Shown: piece by piece, positions 47,819 to 56,805 of the stretch | How the letters are laid out: each line of letters starts with the position of its first letter | Numbering within the stretch: position 1 is the first letter of the stretch | From: a virus | Taxonomy: Duplodnaviria; Heunggongvirae; Uroviricota; Caudoviricetes | Virus record (IMG/VR): IMGVR_UViG_2802429052_000001 | Coordinates: 27,845-91,844 of that record | Reading direction: 5' to 3' (one strand) | DNA length: 64,000 bases | Translations under genes and position numbers: made by a program | The notes under the pieces: model-generated | Seen by the model: the letters and a program-made list of their open reading frames with translations, nothing else | Database searches by the model: none | Told to the model about the DNA's origin: nothing

Positions 47819-47825
47819 GCATACA

Positions 47826-47868
47826 TTGTGTGCCCGGTGTACGCACAAGTCAACAGTCAATGTCAATA
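47826..47868. promoter_or_regulatory. Putative TA operator: inverted repeat TTGTGTGC..GCACAAG and three GTCAA direct repeats
   Basis: Directly upstream of antitoxin start in 255-bp divergent intergenic region. Confidence 0.35.
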
Positions 47869-48120
47869 GATGCCCTAAAGCTGCAGGTCAATCGGCATGT
47901 TCTAAGGCGTGATGTTTACCACGGCACCCTTCGCGAAACTACGCGCCATCACTTCGCAGAGCTATCCCTCGGAGTTAAAGACTGTCGAGCGGTATCCCCG
48001 TGGTGAGTGAAATTTCGGCGTGTCGCGTCGGCGCACTGTCTACGCGGCTACGTGTCTGCCATGGTTGCTACGTTAAGCCGAATGGACAAACTCTATGTGA
48101 GTCGCAAGTAAGGGGCGGAA

Positions 48121-48771
48121 ATGACTGTAGCTGCAGATGAAAATGAAGAAGGCAGGGCGAACACTGCTGGAATTAGGATGCTCGCCATTATGGGTGCAGT
48201 AATCGTACTGTTCGCACTGTCGCGTTTCGTCGATGGGTCTCGAATTGCTCGTTTCAAGCAATTTCATCCCACTTCGTTCTCTTGGACTGTGGCCGTGGTT
48301 GGGGCAAACGTAGCGGTGGTGCTGCTTGCAGCAGTAGTTTTGTGGGAATGCCCACCTCGACCCCTAATACCAGACAATCGACTCACGGTTCGACTTAAGC
48401 AGATCGCGAAATTCTTGGTTGGTGTGACAACATTTGGGCTTGCGGCCTTTTGGGGTGCGCTGGCTGGTGCCATGATGCCCTCGCGTGAAGATAAGTTCAC
48501 GACCGACGATATGAATCACCTTTTAGGGCAAGTTGTAGGTGAACCTTTGAAGTTCACGACCTTACTCGCGGCGGTAGGAATGATCCTGGCCCTTTGTCTA
48601 GATCTATATGTGGTCGGTCGAGATCGTCGAGAATCCGCATTTCGCGGGCTTCGACCTAGCCTGGCTTGGCTTTGCACATTCCTGACCGCACCATGGGTGA
48701 TCGGAACTGCCTCGTACCTGTCCTTGGGCATGGTTCTCTGGTGTGTCACGCTTCCGGTGCCACAGCCCTAA
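48121..48771 (+). CDS. Multi-pass membrane protein (216 aa), divergent from TA module
   Basis: 4-5 predicted TM helices; AAGGGG RBS. Confidence 0.5.
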   Translation: MTVAADENEEGRANTAGIRMLAIMGAVIVLFALSRFVDGSRIARFKQFHPTSFSWTVAVVGANVAVVLLAAVVLWECPPRPLIPDNRLTVRLKQIAKFLVGVTTFGLAAFWGALAGAMMPSREDKFTTDDMNHLLGQVVGEPLKFTTLLAAVGMILALCLDLYVVGRDRRESAFRGLRPSLAWLCTFLTAPWVIGTASYLSLGMVLWCVTLPVPQP

Positions 48772-48794
48772 CTGCAATCCCGTGTGTGCATCAT

Positions 48795-50003
48795 TCAGCC
48801 ATGTGACCTCGCATTCCGGGGGCGCTCCGCTCGCACCGCGCGCACATCGCCGATGCGCACCATCTGGTGCCCCTGGGCGTCCCGGCCACGCACCGGCACC
48901 CACCCGCGTCTAATCCACCGCTCGATGGTCGATTGTGGCACGTGTTCGTCGAGGCGGGGTAGTACCACGTCGACCAGCTCGCGCACCGTGACATTGCGGT
49001 CGTCCAGACCCGCCAGGTTGTACTCCAGCACCTCGGCGGCCACATACACCAGCCCGCATTGTGGGCATTCGACATCGATGTTGGGCGGGCGCACGGTGAG
49101 CGCATAGCCACAGACGGTGTCGGTGTCCCCCCTCTCGGCGCGGGCTTTGAGCACCTCATCGGGAGCGGGGTCGGTGACACACGGGCCGATGGTCATGGGC
49201 TCGGGTGGGCGGTTCACCACGCGCGTGATTGACCGGTACACCTGCTCGATCTCGTCGCAGATCTCGGCGCCGTTCTCCTGCAGCGCGATATTGGCCGCGT
49301 GCCGGTGCAGCCACTTGGCCATGCGCGCTGTCGTCGCGACTGAGTGCGTGTCGTCGCCGCGCCTTCCGGCGTAGGTCACGCGTAGGTCATCCGCGGGGGA
49401 GTCGTCGGCCGTGCGCGTCTCCGGGGCGCCGTCGCAGTCGTCGCACAGCGGTCCGGCGGACGAGGCGGGCAGTGTGACGAAGCACCGTCGACACGAGCCC
49501 GCCCGGGCCGGCGGCGCCGAATCGAGGCTGAACCGATCTGCCGGCCGCCGTGCACCCGATTCGACGACCACCGGCAGAGGCCTTGGCCGGGTGCGGAACT
49601 CGGGCACCTCCAGCCCGCGCGTCTCGCACATGTCGCGGATGGTCGTAGAGAGCGCGTTGCGTATCCGGTCCAGCTCGTCGCTTGCGCGTCCGTTGACCCG
49701 GCCGAGTGCCAGGGCATGCCACAGTGCCGCCTGGTGTCGGTCTCGGTGGTCCCTGGCGGTCGGGGTGGTGTCCTTGTCGCGCGGGAACGGTTCGACGTGG
49801 CTCACGAGCGCGTCGTCACCGTGTAGCACGTCGCGGCGCTCGCCCTTGCGTGCTCCGTCGCCCAGGTTCGCCTGCCCGACAGCGGTCTCGGTGAGTCGGT
49901 CGATCCACCACGGCAGATCAGCCAGGCGCTTGCGCAGCTCCGCGATGCAGGCCTTGCACACGAACAGATCGGTTGCGCGTTCGCACCGCTTGCACTTGGT
50001 CAA
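48795..50003 (-). CDS. Cys-rich zinc-ribbon protein (402 aa)
   Basis: CxxC pairs at both ends. Confidence 0.4.
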   Translation of the reverse strand: MTKCKRCERATDLFVCKACIAELRKRLADLPWWIDRLTETAVGQANLGDGARKGERRDVLHGDDALVSHVEPFPRDKDTTPTARDHRDRHQAALWHALALGRVNGRASDELDRIRNALSTTIRDMCETRGLEVPEFRTRPRPLPVVVESGARRPADRFSLDSAPPARAGSCRRCFVTLPASSAGPLCDDCDGAPETRTADDSPADDLRVTYAGRRGDDTHSVATTARMAKWLHRHAANIALQENGAEICDEIEQVYRSITRVVNRPPEPMTIGPCVTDPAPDEVLKARAERGDTDTVCGYALTVRPPNIDVECPQCGLVYVAAEVLEYNLAGLDDRNVTVRELVDVVLPRLDEHVPQSTIERWIRRGWVPVRGRDAQGHQMVRIGDVRAVRAERPRNARSHG

Positions 50004-50335
50004 CGGTTGAATCCCCTTACCATTTCGGCGAATTGGACATCGATATCGTGCTGTTCGAGCCTGGTGAGGAACTGAATTTGCCAGGGCTGCAACGGCTTAC
50101 CAGCCTCGGAGCAGAGCTCATCTATCCGGTCAGCGTCGCCGGGGCGCGTGCGCCTCATCGCCCGTCCCTCTTGGGTGGTGCGCACATCACCGCACCGGCT
50201 ACCGGTCGCACGAAGGCGTCGCAGTCGCGGCAGCGCCGGTTTCCGTACTCGTCGCGGTAGTGGCGCTGGTTGTGTCGGCAGCGACGGATTTTCAGCACCC
50301 GCCCATCGAGGTCGCGGTCTCTCATCGCGCACCAC
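50000..50335 (-). CDS. Hypothetical protein
   Basis: ATGA-coupled ORF. Confidence 0.35.
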   Translation of the reverse strand: MVRDERPRPRWAGAENPSLPTQPAPLPRRVRKPALPRLRRLRATGSRCGDVRTTQEGRAMRRTRPGDADRIDELCSEAGKPLQPWQIQFLTRLEQHDIDVQFAEMVRGFNR

Positions 50336-50609
50336 CGGCCGCGAACGCAGCGAAGGCTTCGCCGCTGGTGTCGAATCGGCACCAGGTCTCGTAGCCGTCG
50401 GTGAGCCGCTTCTCGATGCGCCACTCGCGGTTCACCGGCCAGATCCGCCAGGGCGCGGGTGGGCGCGCTAGCGTGCGCGGCTGGTCGTGTACCGCGCCGT
50501 CGTACCAGTAGCCCTCGGTCAGCGTGCCGTCGGCGAGCTGGATGGCCACGCGGTCGCCCTCTTCCAGCCCGGGGCAGGTAAACCGCTCGGGGTCCGTTTC
50601 CTGGGTCAT
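50322..50609 (-). CDS. Hypothetical protein
   Basis: Coupled ORF. Confidence 0.35.
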   Translation of the reverse strand: MTQETDPERFTCPGLEEGDRVAIQLADGTLTEGYWYDGAVHDQPRTLARPPAPWRIWPVNREWRIEKRLTDGYETWCRFDTSGEAFAAFAAGGAR

Positions 50610-50678
50610 CGTGTCTCCGTTCGCATATCGATTCCTGGGGCTGTGGTCGCCGCTGGCGGGATTTCAGGGGATTGGTGA

Positions 50679-51608
50679 CTATCCGGTCGCGGCGGGGGGA
50701 TTTTCGAGCGCTGCGCGGGCTCTGGCGAGTCCGGCTCTGGCGGTGGCCGAGCGGTCGACGTGATCGCAGACGGAGAGGCCGTTGTAGCCGTCCTGGTCGC
50801 ACAGGCGGCACGCGGCGATGGCCTGGCGCTTGGCATCTCGCTCGCCCCGGTGTTGTGCGCGCTGCTCGGCGGCGGCGAGAGCCGCGTCGTCTGCGGCCCA
50901 CTGGGAGTACTGCACCCGGTAGCGCTGGCAGGCGCGGCACGGGTCCTCGGTGCCGCCAGGATGCTTGGGGCAGAACTCGGGGGGCGGCGCGCAGCGCTCC
51001 CCAACTTGAGTACTTACCAACTTAAGTTCCCTTACCCCTACCCTTACCCTTTCCCTAGAGGGTTCGGGCACGGTGCCGTCAGGGTTCACGGTTCCGGCAG
51101 GGTTCTCGCACCCTTCGGGCACGGTGCCGTCAGGGTTCTCGCACGGTTCCGTCACGGTGTCATCGGGGTCAGGGTCAGACGGGTCAATCTCATCGGCGAC
51201 CTTGGTCGCCTCGGGCTTGCGCAGGCGACGTAGCTCGACCGCCAGCTCATGGCGCAGCTTGGGCGAGGCCACCATGACGGCGCATTTCAAGGCGCTCTTG
51301 AGGTACTGCGGATACCGCGTGACCTCGGTGGTACGCATGTAGGCGCGCACGAACAGTTCGTCAGTGTCCTCGTCGTAGAACACGAACCGTTCACGCTCCA
51401 GCTCGTCGAGGTCGGCCTGTAGGTCATGAACGGACATCTCGTTGCACCCCTTGGCCCACTTGGTGATTTGAAGTGGTTGCATCCCGGCGCGGTCCAGATC
51501 CTTCTGACTGAGCAGCTGCGCATAGGTGCATTGCGCGGTGCGCGTGAGCGCTCGGAAATGGCCGTCGCGCCAGATTGATTCCTTGAGCATTCCGGCCGAG
51601 TTAGCCAC
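50679..51608 (-). CDS. Hypothetical DNA-binding/replication-associated protein with internal repeats and C-terminal Cys cluster
   Basis: 309 aa; PDGTVPE peptide repeats; CxxC..CxxC. Confidence 0.4.
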   Translation of the reverse strand: MANSAGMLKESIWRDGHFRALTRTAQCTYAQLLSQKDLDRAGMQPLQITKWAKGCNEMSVHDLQADLDELERERFVFYDEDTDELFVRAYMRTTEVTRYPQYLKSALKCAVMVASPKLRHELAVELRRLRKPEATKVADEIDPSDPDPDDTVTEPCENPDGTVPEGCENPAGTVNPDGTVPEPSRERVRVGVRELKLVSTQVGERCAPPPEFCPKHPGGTEDPCRACQRYRVQYSQWAADDAALAAAEQRAQHRGERDAKRQAIAACRLCDQDGYNGLSVCDHVDRSATARAGLARARAALENPPAATG

Positions 51609-51640
51609 GGTGTTCCTTCCTCTGATTCGCGTGCATGTAT

Positions 51641-52039
51641 TCAGACTGCGGCACGTTCTGCACCCCCCTCACACCCCAAAATTCCGGGGCCGAATAGCGG
51701 ATCCATCTGTGCCTCCAGAGCTGCCGTGCGTGCCCGCTGGCGTGTCTGTGCGTGGTGCTCCAGGTCGTAGTGCAGGTGGCACCCCTGGCACATCGCGCGC
51801 AGGTTCTCGTCGCGGCAGTCCTCGGGTGTGTGGTTCAGGTGCGCGACGGTGAGCACGACGCGGCTACCGGTGCCGTAGGCGGGTGCTCCGTTGACGTTCG
51901 GGCACTGACCTCGGTGCGTACTCCGGCCACACTCGCCGACGCATTCGCAGCGGCCCTTGGCGCGCTCGAACCGGATCCGGCGCGAGATCTCGGGCCAGTC
52001 CTTGGGGTACCGGGCCCGGTTCTCCGGACGAATGGGCAT
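51641..52039 (-). CDS. HNH endonuclease
   Basis: N-terminus MPIRPENRARYPKDW and HLNHTPEDCRDENLRAMCQGCH motif. Confidence 0.6.
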   Translation of the reverse strand: MPIRPENRARYPKDWPEISRRIRFERAKGRCECVGECGRSTHRGQCPNVNGAPAYGTGSRVVLTVAHLNHTPEDCRDENLRAMCQGCHLHYDLEHHAQTRQRARTAALEAQMDPLFGPGILGCEGGAERAAV

Positions 52040-52416
52040 CAGAGGCCTTCGGTGCCAGACAGGTCGTAGCAGACCAGGCCGGTCACTGGGAATGTCGGTT
52101 TCCATTCGCCGGTTCGATCGTTGCCTCCGCAGCAGTCCGACCCGGCGGGGTGGATGCAAGGCATGAATCCGTCCTCGCCCGGTGAGTAGTACTCGAAACC
52201 CCACCCGTCTCCACCGGGTGCTGTGCGACAGGCCAGGACAGCGTGACCGCTTGCGTCGATGATCGGAACGTCGGGATCGACACCGATTTGGTTCAGCCGC
52301 TCGGCATGGTCGTGTAGGTGTTCTTCGGTCTCGAATGTGATGAGTCGAGGCACAACCGTTGTGCGCATTCGTTTCTCCTTCGGGTAGCGGTCGCGATTCT
52401 CTGGGCGGATCGGCAT
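52039..52416 (-). CDS. Hypothetical protein sharing the HNH N-terminal MPIRPENRxRYPK motif
   Basis: Same 13-aa N-terminus as the downstream HNH gene, then divergent. Confidence 0.4.
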   Translation of the reverse strand: MPIRPENRDRYPKEKRMRTTVVPRLITFETEEHLHDHAERLNQIGVDPDVPIIDASGHAVLACRTAPGGDGWGFEYYSPGEDGFMPCIHPAGSDCCGGNDRTGEWKPTFPVTGLVCYDLSGTEGL

Positions 52417-52540
52417 CAGGCACCCCTTCGGTGTTTCTGGTGGCACTTCTCGCACCGCGGCCGACCGGGGCTGTGCGGCTCGGTCTTGCAGTCCGTGCAC
52501 AGTCCGGCGCGGTACGCCGCTGAACTCTCTGCGGTGCGGG

Positions 52541-52861
52541 TCACGACAGGCACCCCCACGACGCACACCCAGGGGCGCCGCACAAGCGCGCGCAGTCGCT
52601 CGCTCGCGCCGGTTTGCGGTCCCCATTGGGCGGGGCCTGCCGTGCCTGGTCGACTGCGGTCAGCGCCTTGCGGACCAGCGCCCAGGACCCATCGCCATAT
52701 CGGTGCTCGACGGTTACGGTGTGCCACTTGCCGTCGCACTTGGCCTGCACAACATAGGTGTTCACGTCGTCGGGCACTGGTTGCCCCGGTGCCATGCGCT
52801 TGATGTCCATGCCCTCGCCGATTGATCGGCCGTTGACGTGCAGCTCGAAATGGAGGGTCAC
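52541..52861 (-). CDS. Small hypothetical protein (GTG start)
   Basis: GTGA overlap in coupled chain; frame choice uncertain. Confidence 0.3.
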   Translation of the reverse strand: MTLHFELHVNGRSIGEGMDIKRMAPGQPVPDDVNTYVVQAKCDGKWHTVTVEHRYGDGSWALVRKALTAVDQARQAPPNGDRKPARASDCARLCGAPGCASWGCLS

Positions 52862-53178
52862 GGCATCGGCCAATCGGCGATCGAGTACTCGGGGTTGTCG
52901 CTGGGGGCACCAAGTGACACGGGGTGGCCGTCGTCCTGGTACACGGTTATCCGGTGCCAGCCTCTTGCCTTCGGGGTTCGTGTTGCCACTACCTCGCCGC
53001 CAATGACCGGCGAGTGAGCGCTCCAGACGTGCATGCGCCGTAGGTTGATCAGCCGGTGCTCGCGGTCGGTGTACCTCCACTTGCGGCCCCAGTAGATGAG
53101 CGTGCAGCGGTGCGGTATCTGGTTGCGCCACACGACGACCAGGGGCTCGGGTGGAGTCCTGGGGATGCGGAGTGCCAT
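52858..53178 (-). CDS. Small hypothetical protein
   Basis: ATGA coupling with upstream gene. Confidence 0.3.
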   Translation of the reverse strand: MALRIPRTPPEPLVVVWRNQIPHRCTLIYWGRKWRYTDREHRLINLRRMHVWSAHSPVIGGEVVATRTPKARGWHRITVYQDDGHPVSLGAPSDNPEYSIADWPMP

Positions 53179-53786
53179 CACGCCGCCGCCGTCTTGGCCG
53201 CGTCGTATCGGTTGATGCCCCACACGATCGCGTGCAGGGACAGCAGGAAATGAAAGTCGTAGTCCTTGAGGTCCCACTCCCAGCTGTCAACGAACTCGAA
53301 ATCGCCGTAGTGGAAATCAGTTAGAACCTGGTGCGCACTGGTCTCATTGTGATCATCTGTGTAGCGCAGGACCTGATCACGGATCGCTTTCCACAGTGGG
53401 GCGTGGGGGCCGTCGTGCGGTCCAGCGTTCCACCTGCACCAATCGCGGAAGTATTCGTATACATGTCGCTTGAAAACATCCGGCGAGAACGAGTCGTATC
53501 GCTGTGGTCCACAGAGCTTTTCGGACCAATAGGACGGGTTGATGTACCCAACCGGCTTGCGGAAGAACTCGAACATGTCGGGGATGCGCGCGAAATGAAA
53601 GTCCTCAAGGTCCCCGGTGATCACCAGGTGGCCTGGCCACGTCACGAGGTCGAATCGCCAGATGCCTGTGCCCGGCTTGGCGAACTGAACGTGCCGGTAA
53701 AGGCCATCGTCGCGAAGCACCGTCATCTGGTGGTCGCGGGTGGATACCTCAAGCATTTTCTCGGGCGTGGTCATCACTGCACCCAC
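53178..53786 (-). CDS. Hypothetical protein (202 aa, aromatic-rich)
   Basis: Long ORF with protein-like composition. Confidence 0.45.
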   Translation of the reverse strand: MGAVMTTPEKMLEVSTRDHQMTVLRDDGLYRHVQFAKPGTGIWRFDLVTWPGHLVITGDLEDFHFARIPDMFEFFRKPVGYINPSYWSEKLCGPQRYDSFSPDVFKRHVYEYFRDWCRWNAGPHDGPHAPLWKAIRDQVLRYTDDHNETSAHQVLTDFHYGDFEFVDSWEWDLKDYDFHFLLSLHAIVWGINRYDAAKTAAA

Positions 53787-54133
53787 TCACGAACCGTCGT
53801 GCCCTCTGGGCATTCGACGATGAGCGCCGGATCTTCCGGCCCGTCGGGGCGCGCGCCGAACCTGACGGGCCACCGCCAGCCGTGCATTGGATCAGGATGT
53901 AGCACGGACAGCACCCATCCCTGGCCTATTCCACGCAAGGGCGCATCAATATCAAATACCGCACGGACCCAGAGGCTTTCACCACTTGGCGCTTCTACCA
54001 CCACCGTCACTCCGCGGTATGCGTCGAACTCTTCGGTGAATGCGCCCTCGACCTCCAGTAGGTCATCACTGGCGCCGTAGATGATCATCTCGTTCATGTC
54101 GTTGTCTCCATTCGTGTTCGGGTTGTCGCTCAT
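53774..54133 (-). CDS. Hypothetical acidic protein
   Basis: Start at MSDNPNT; coupled chain. Confidence 0.35.
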   Translation of the reverse strand: MSDNPNTNGDNDMNEMIIYGASDDLLEVEGAFTEEFDAYRGVTVVVEAPSGESLWVRAVFDIDAPLRGIGQGWVLSVLHPDPMHGWRWPVRFGARPDGPEDPALIVECPEGTTVREWVQ

Positions 54134-54284
54134 GTGCCGCTCAGTTCGATGACCTCGGTAGGTCCCTCGGGGAATGCGTCTCGCTGCGCCGTACGGCATT
54201 TGAAGCACTCGTGTGCGATGCGGTTGGCCTGGAACTCGCGGGCGCATCGCATGCAGTGGAATCGGAACCATGTGCGGGCGGTGG

Positions 54285-55325
54285 TCATGTGCCTGCCTCG
54301 AAATCGAGCGGGGCGGCGTGCAGCCGGGTGCGTAGCGACAGGTCTAGGTAGTCGCGATTGAGTTCGATGCCGATGTACTTGCGACCGAGGCGCTGTGCGG
54401 CCATTCCGGTTGTGCCGGAACCGCTGAACGGGTCGAGCACTGTGCCGCCGGGCTTGCAACCGGCCATCACGCAATGCTGCGCGAGCGCCAGCGGCATCAC
54501 TGCAAAGTGAGCTGCGGTGAATGGTTGCGTCGGAATCACCCACACATCGCCGGGGTTGCGCCCGTTCTGGTGCGCAGCGTCGTGGCGTCGTCCCGTGGAG
54601 GCCTTGGCGCCCTGCGGCCGCATGCCTGGATAGGGCGTCGCGTCAGCACGCCATGGAGTCGCGATGCTGTTGGGCTTGTTCGTGTCACCTGATCGCGCGG
54701 TACGCGACGGTGTGCGGTCGCCGACGTATTCGACGCGCACCGCGTCGAGGTCGAACCAATACCGCGGTGTCTTGCTGAACAGGAATACGTGCTCGTAACG
54801 GTTCGAGAGGCGGTCGGTGACCGATGACGGCATGCCGTTCGGCTTGTGCCAGATGATTGCATTGCGCAGAATCCAGCCGTCATCCTGCAGCGCCAGCGCC
54901 ATGCGCCACGGGATGCCGATCAGATTCTTAGCTGCCGGCATTCCCGGGCCGATTGACCCTGCACGGCTGCGCTTGTCGGGCAACGCCTCCGCGGCTCGGT
55001 ACTTCACATGCAGATCCGCGTGTTTCGGGTCGTGCCCCTGGTTACCCCACGATCCGGCGTAGCTGTCGCCCAGGTTCAGCCAGAGTGTTCCGTCGTCGGT
55101 GAGCACGCGGCGCAGCTCGGCGAACAGCGCGCGCATGTTCTCGACGTACTCAGCGGGCGAGTCCTCCAGCCCATACTGGCCAGGCTCGCCATAGTCGCGA
55201 AGGCCGAAGTAGGGCGGGCTGGTGACGATGCAATCGGCCCCGCCGGCGGGCAGTGCCTTGGCCACGTCGAGCGCGTCGCCGTGGTGCAGGCTGACCGATT
55301 CATCTTGGTAGTAGGGCGCGGTCAT
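54285..55325 (-). CDS. DNA methyltransferase, beta-class N6-adenine/N4-cytosine (orphan)
   Basis: Motif IV IVTSPPY near N-terminus and motif [11 protein letters not shown] near C-terminus; no adjacent restriction endonuclease. Confidence 0.75.
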   Translation of the reverse strand: MTAPYYQDESVSLHHGDALDVAKALPAGGADCIVTSPPYFGLRDYGEPGQYGLEDSPAEYVENMRALFAELRRVLTDDGTLWLNLGDSYAGSWGNQGHDPKHADLHVKYRAAEALPDKRSRAGSIGPGMPAAKNLIGIPWRMALALQDDGWILRNAIIWHKPNGMPSSVTDRLSNRYEHVFLFSKTPRYWFDLDAVRVEYVGDRTPSRTARSGDTNKPNSIATPWRADATPYPGMRPQGAKASTGRRHDAAHQNGRNPGDVWVIPTQPFTAAHFAVMPLALAQHCVMAGCKPGGTVLDPFSGSGTTGMAAQRLGRKYIGIELNRDYLDLSLRTRLHAAPLDFEAGT

Positions 55326-55846
55326 GCGCTGACTCCGAACAGCTCCAGCTGCCCGATGGGCTCGGCCTCGGTGGCGAACCCGAGTGCGCGGTCGAGCAAG
55401 TCGTCGGTCCAGTCCTGGCAGCGCCAGAACTCGGCCTTGGCGTCGGCTTCCTGCTGCCCGGTCGGCGGGCAAATGCGATCGCCCATGTACGCGTAGCCGC
55501 ACGGTTCGCTCCCGCAGTGGCAGAACTGGTGGCGACGTAGGTTATTGCGCTGTGCGGCGGTGGCGCACTCGCGCATCTCGGCGACAAGATCGACCGGCAG
55601 GGAGCGCGCGTACTTGTTCAGCTGCGCGGTGGTCACGGTGACGACGGGGACGCCCCTCGATACGATCTTGCCGTGTCCGCACTCAAATCCCTTGAGGTGA
55701 GACGGGTATCCGTCTGTAGGCAGGCGGGTACCGCCGTAGCAGGATTGCATCAAGCGGGTGACACCTGCGGGACCGATGAGGCAGTCGCGCATTTCCCACC
55801 CGCCGACCATCCGCAATAGCCAGCGTTGATCTTCGGTGAGCATCAT
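55322..55846 (-). CDS. Hypothetical Cys-rich protein
   Basis: Coupled ORF. Confidence 0.4.
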   Translation of the reverse strand: MMLTEDQRWLLRMVGGWEMRDCLIGPAGVTRLMQSCYGGTRLPTDGYPSHLKGFECGHGKIVSRGVPVVTVTTAQLNKYARSLPVDLVAEMRECATAAQRNNLRRHQFCHCGSEPCGYAYMGDRICPPTGQQEADAKAEFWRCQDWTDDLLDRALGFATEAEPIGQLELFGVSA

Positions 55847-56259
55847 GCAGGTGCCTTGGCTTTCTCGCGTTCCTCGCGGGCCAGCTCATACAGCAGTGCA
55901 GATGGCTGGAAACCGTTGCGCCGTAGCTGTTCCGACATGGAGTTGTAGGTGATGCCCATTTCGCGCGCAGCCGCATGGTCGGGTACGCCGATGTACACGT
56001 ATTCGGACCATTTGAGTACGAACGGTTTTCCGGTCTCGGGAGGTAGCTCGGGGTCCATCCACATCACGTAGTCGCGGGTCGATGGGGCGCAGGTTTGTTG
56101 GCCGCGAAGGATCTGGCGCAGAGTAGTGACGAGCTTTCCCGGGTGACCGTTGGCGGCCGCGATGGCGTTGATGGTCCAGCCGATCGCCTGCAGCTTCTCC
56201 AGGTGCTCGCGCACGGGGGTGGCGTCGATGTAGCGACGGGAGATGGAGGGGGCGGTCAT
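55843..56259 (-). CDS. Hypothetical HTH-like protein
   Basis: Start at MTAPSIS; ATGA coupling. Confidence 0.4.
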   Translation of the reverse strand: MTAPSISRRYIDATPVREHLEKLQAIGWTINAIAAANGHPGKLVTTLRQILRGQQTCAPSTRDYVMWMDPELPPETGKPFVLKWSEYVYIGVPDHAAAREMGITYNSMSEQLRRNGFQPSALLYELAREEREKAKAPA

Positions 56260-56795
56260 CGCGCGGACTCCCGCTGTTCTGCGTAGATGTCGCGCAGCTT
56301 CACGAATGCCTTGGCGGTGGCCTCGGCGTCGCCGAGGGCCGAATGTGGGCAACGGTTCTCGATCTTGAGGGCGGCGAGTACGTCGGCCAGTCCCGGCAGC
56401 TCGGACGGGTCGCGCCCGAGTGCTGGGGCGGCGTAGGCGGCGAGGTCGGCCAGGCGGTAGTGCCAGGTCGGCGTGCAAGCGTTGGCGACTATCCGAGCGT
56501 CGAAGGCGGGGTTGCAGCCTGCGAATGTGTTTTTGCGCAGCATGTCCCGGAATTGCATCCAGTGCTTGGTGGTCTCGTCGGGAGTGAGCATCACCTCGTA
56601 CGCGCCGCGTTCGAAGTATCGGTTGGTCGCGAACGCTTTGGGCTCCAGCGTGATGGCGTAGTCCTTGAGGTCGATGTACGGCACGAATTCGAGTGTTTCT
56701 CCGGTGTCGACGTTGATGGCCGCAACCTCGATCGGCGCGCACTGCGGGCCGAGGCCGGTTGTTTCCAGGTCTACGACGATGAGGTTGCGGGACAT
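56256..56795 (-). CDS. DnaQ-like DEDD 3'-5' exonuclease
   Basis: Exo I motif VVDLETTG; GAGGAGA RBS. Confidence 0.7.
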   Translation of the reverse strand: MSRNLIVVDLETTGLGPQCAPIEVAAINVDTGETLEFVPYIDLKDYAITLEPKAFATNRYFERGAYEVMLTPDETTKHWMQFRDMLRKNTFAGCNPAFDARIVANACTPTWHYRLADLAAYAAPALGRDPSELPGLADVLAALKIENRCPHSALGDAEATAKAFVKLRDIYAEQRESAR

Positions 56796-56805
56796 CAGGT
56801 CTCCT

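Noticed and set aside
52416-52913. 165-aa ORF as a single gene
   Set aside because: Highly Arg-rich upstream part. More likely only the last about 43 codons (GTG-started Zn-ribbon peptide) are real, given GTGA/TGATG coupling with neighbours.
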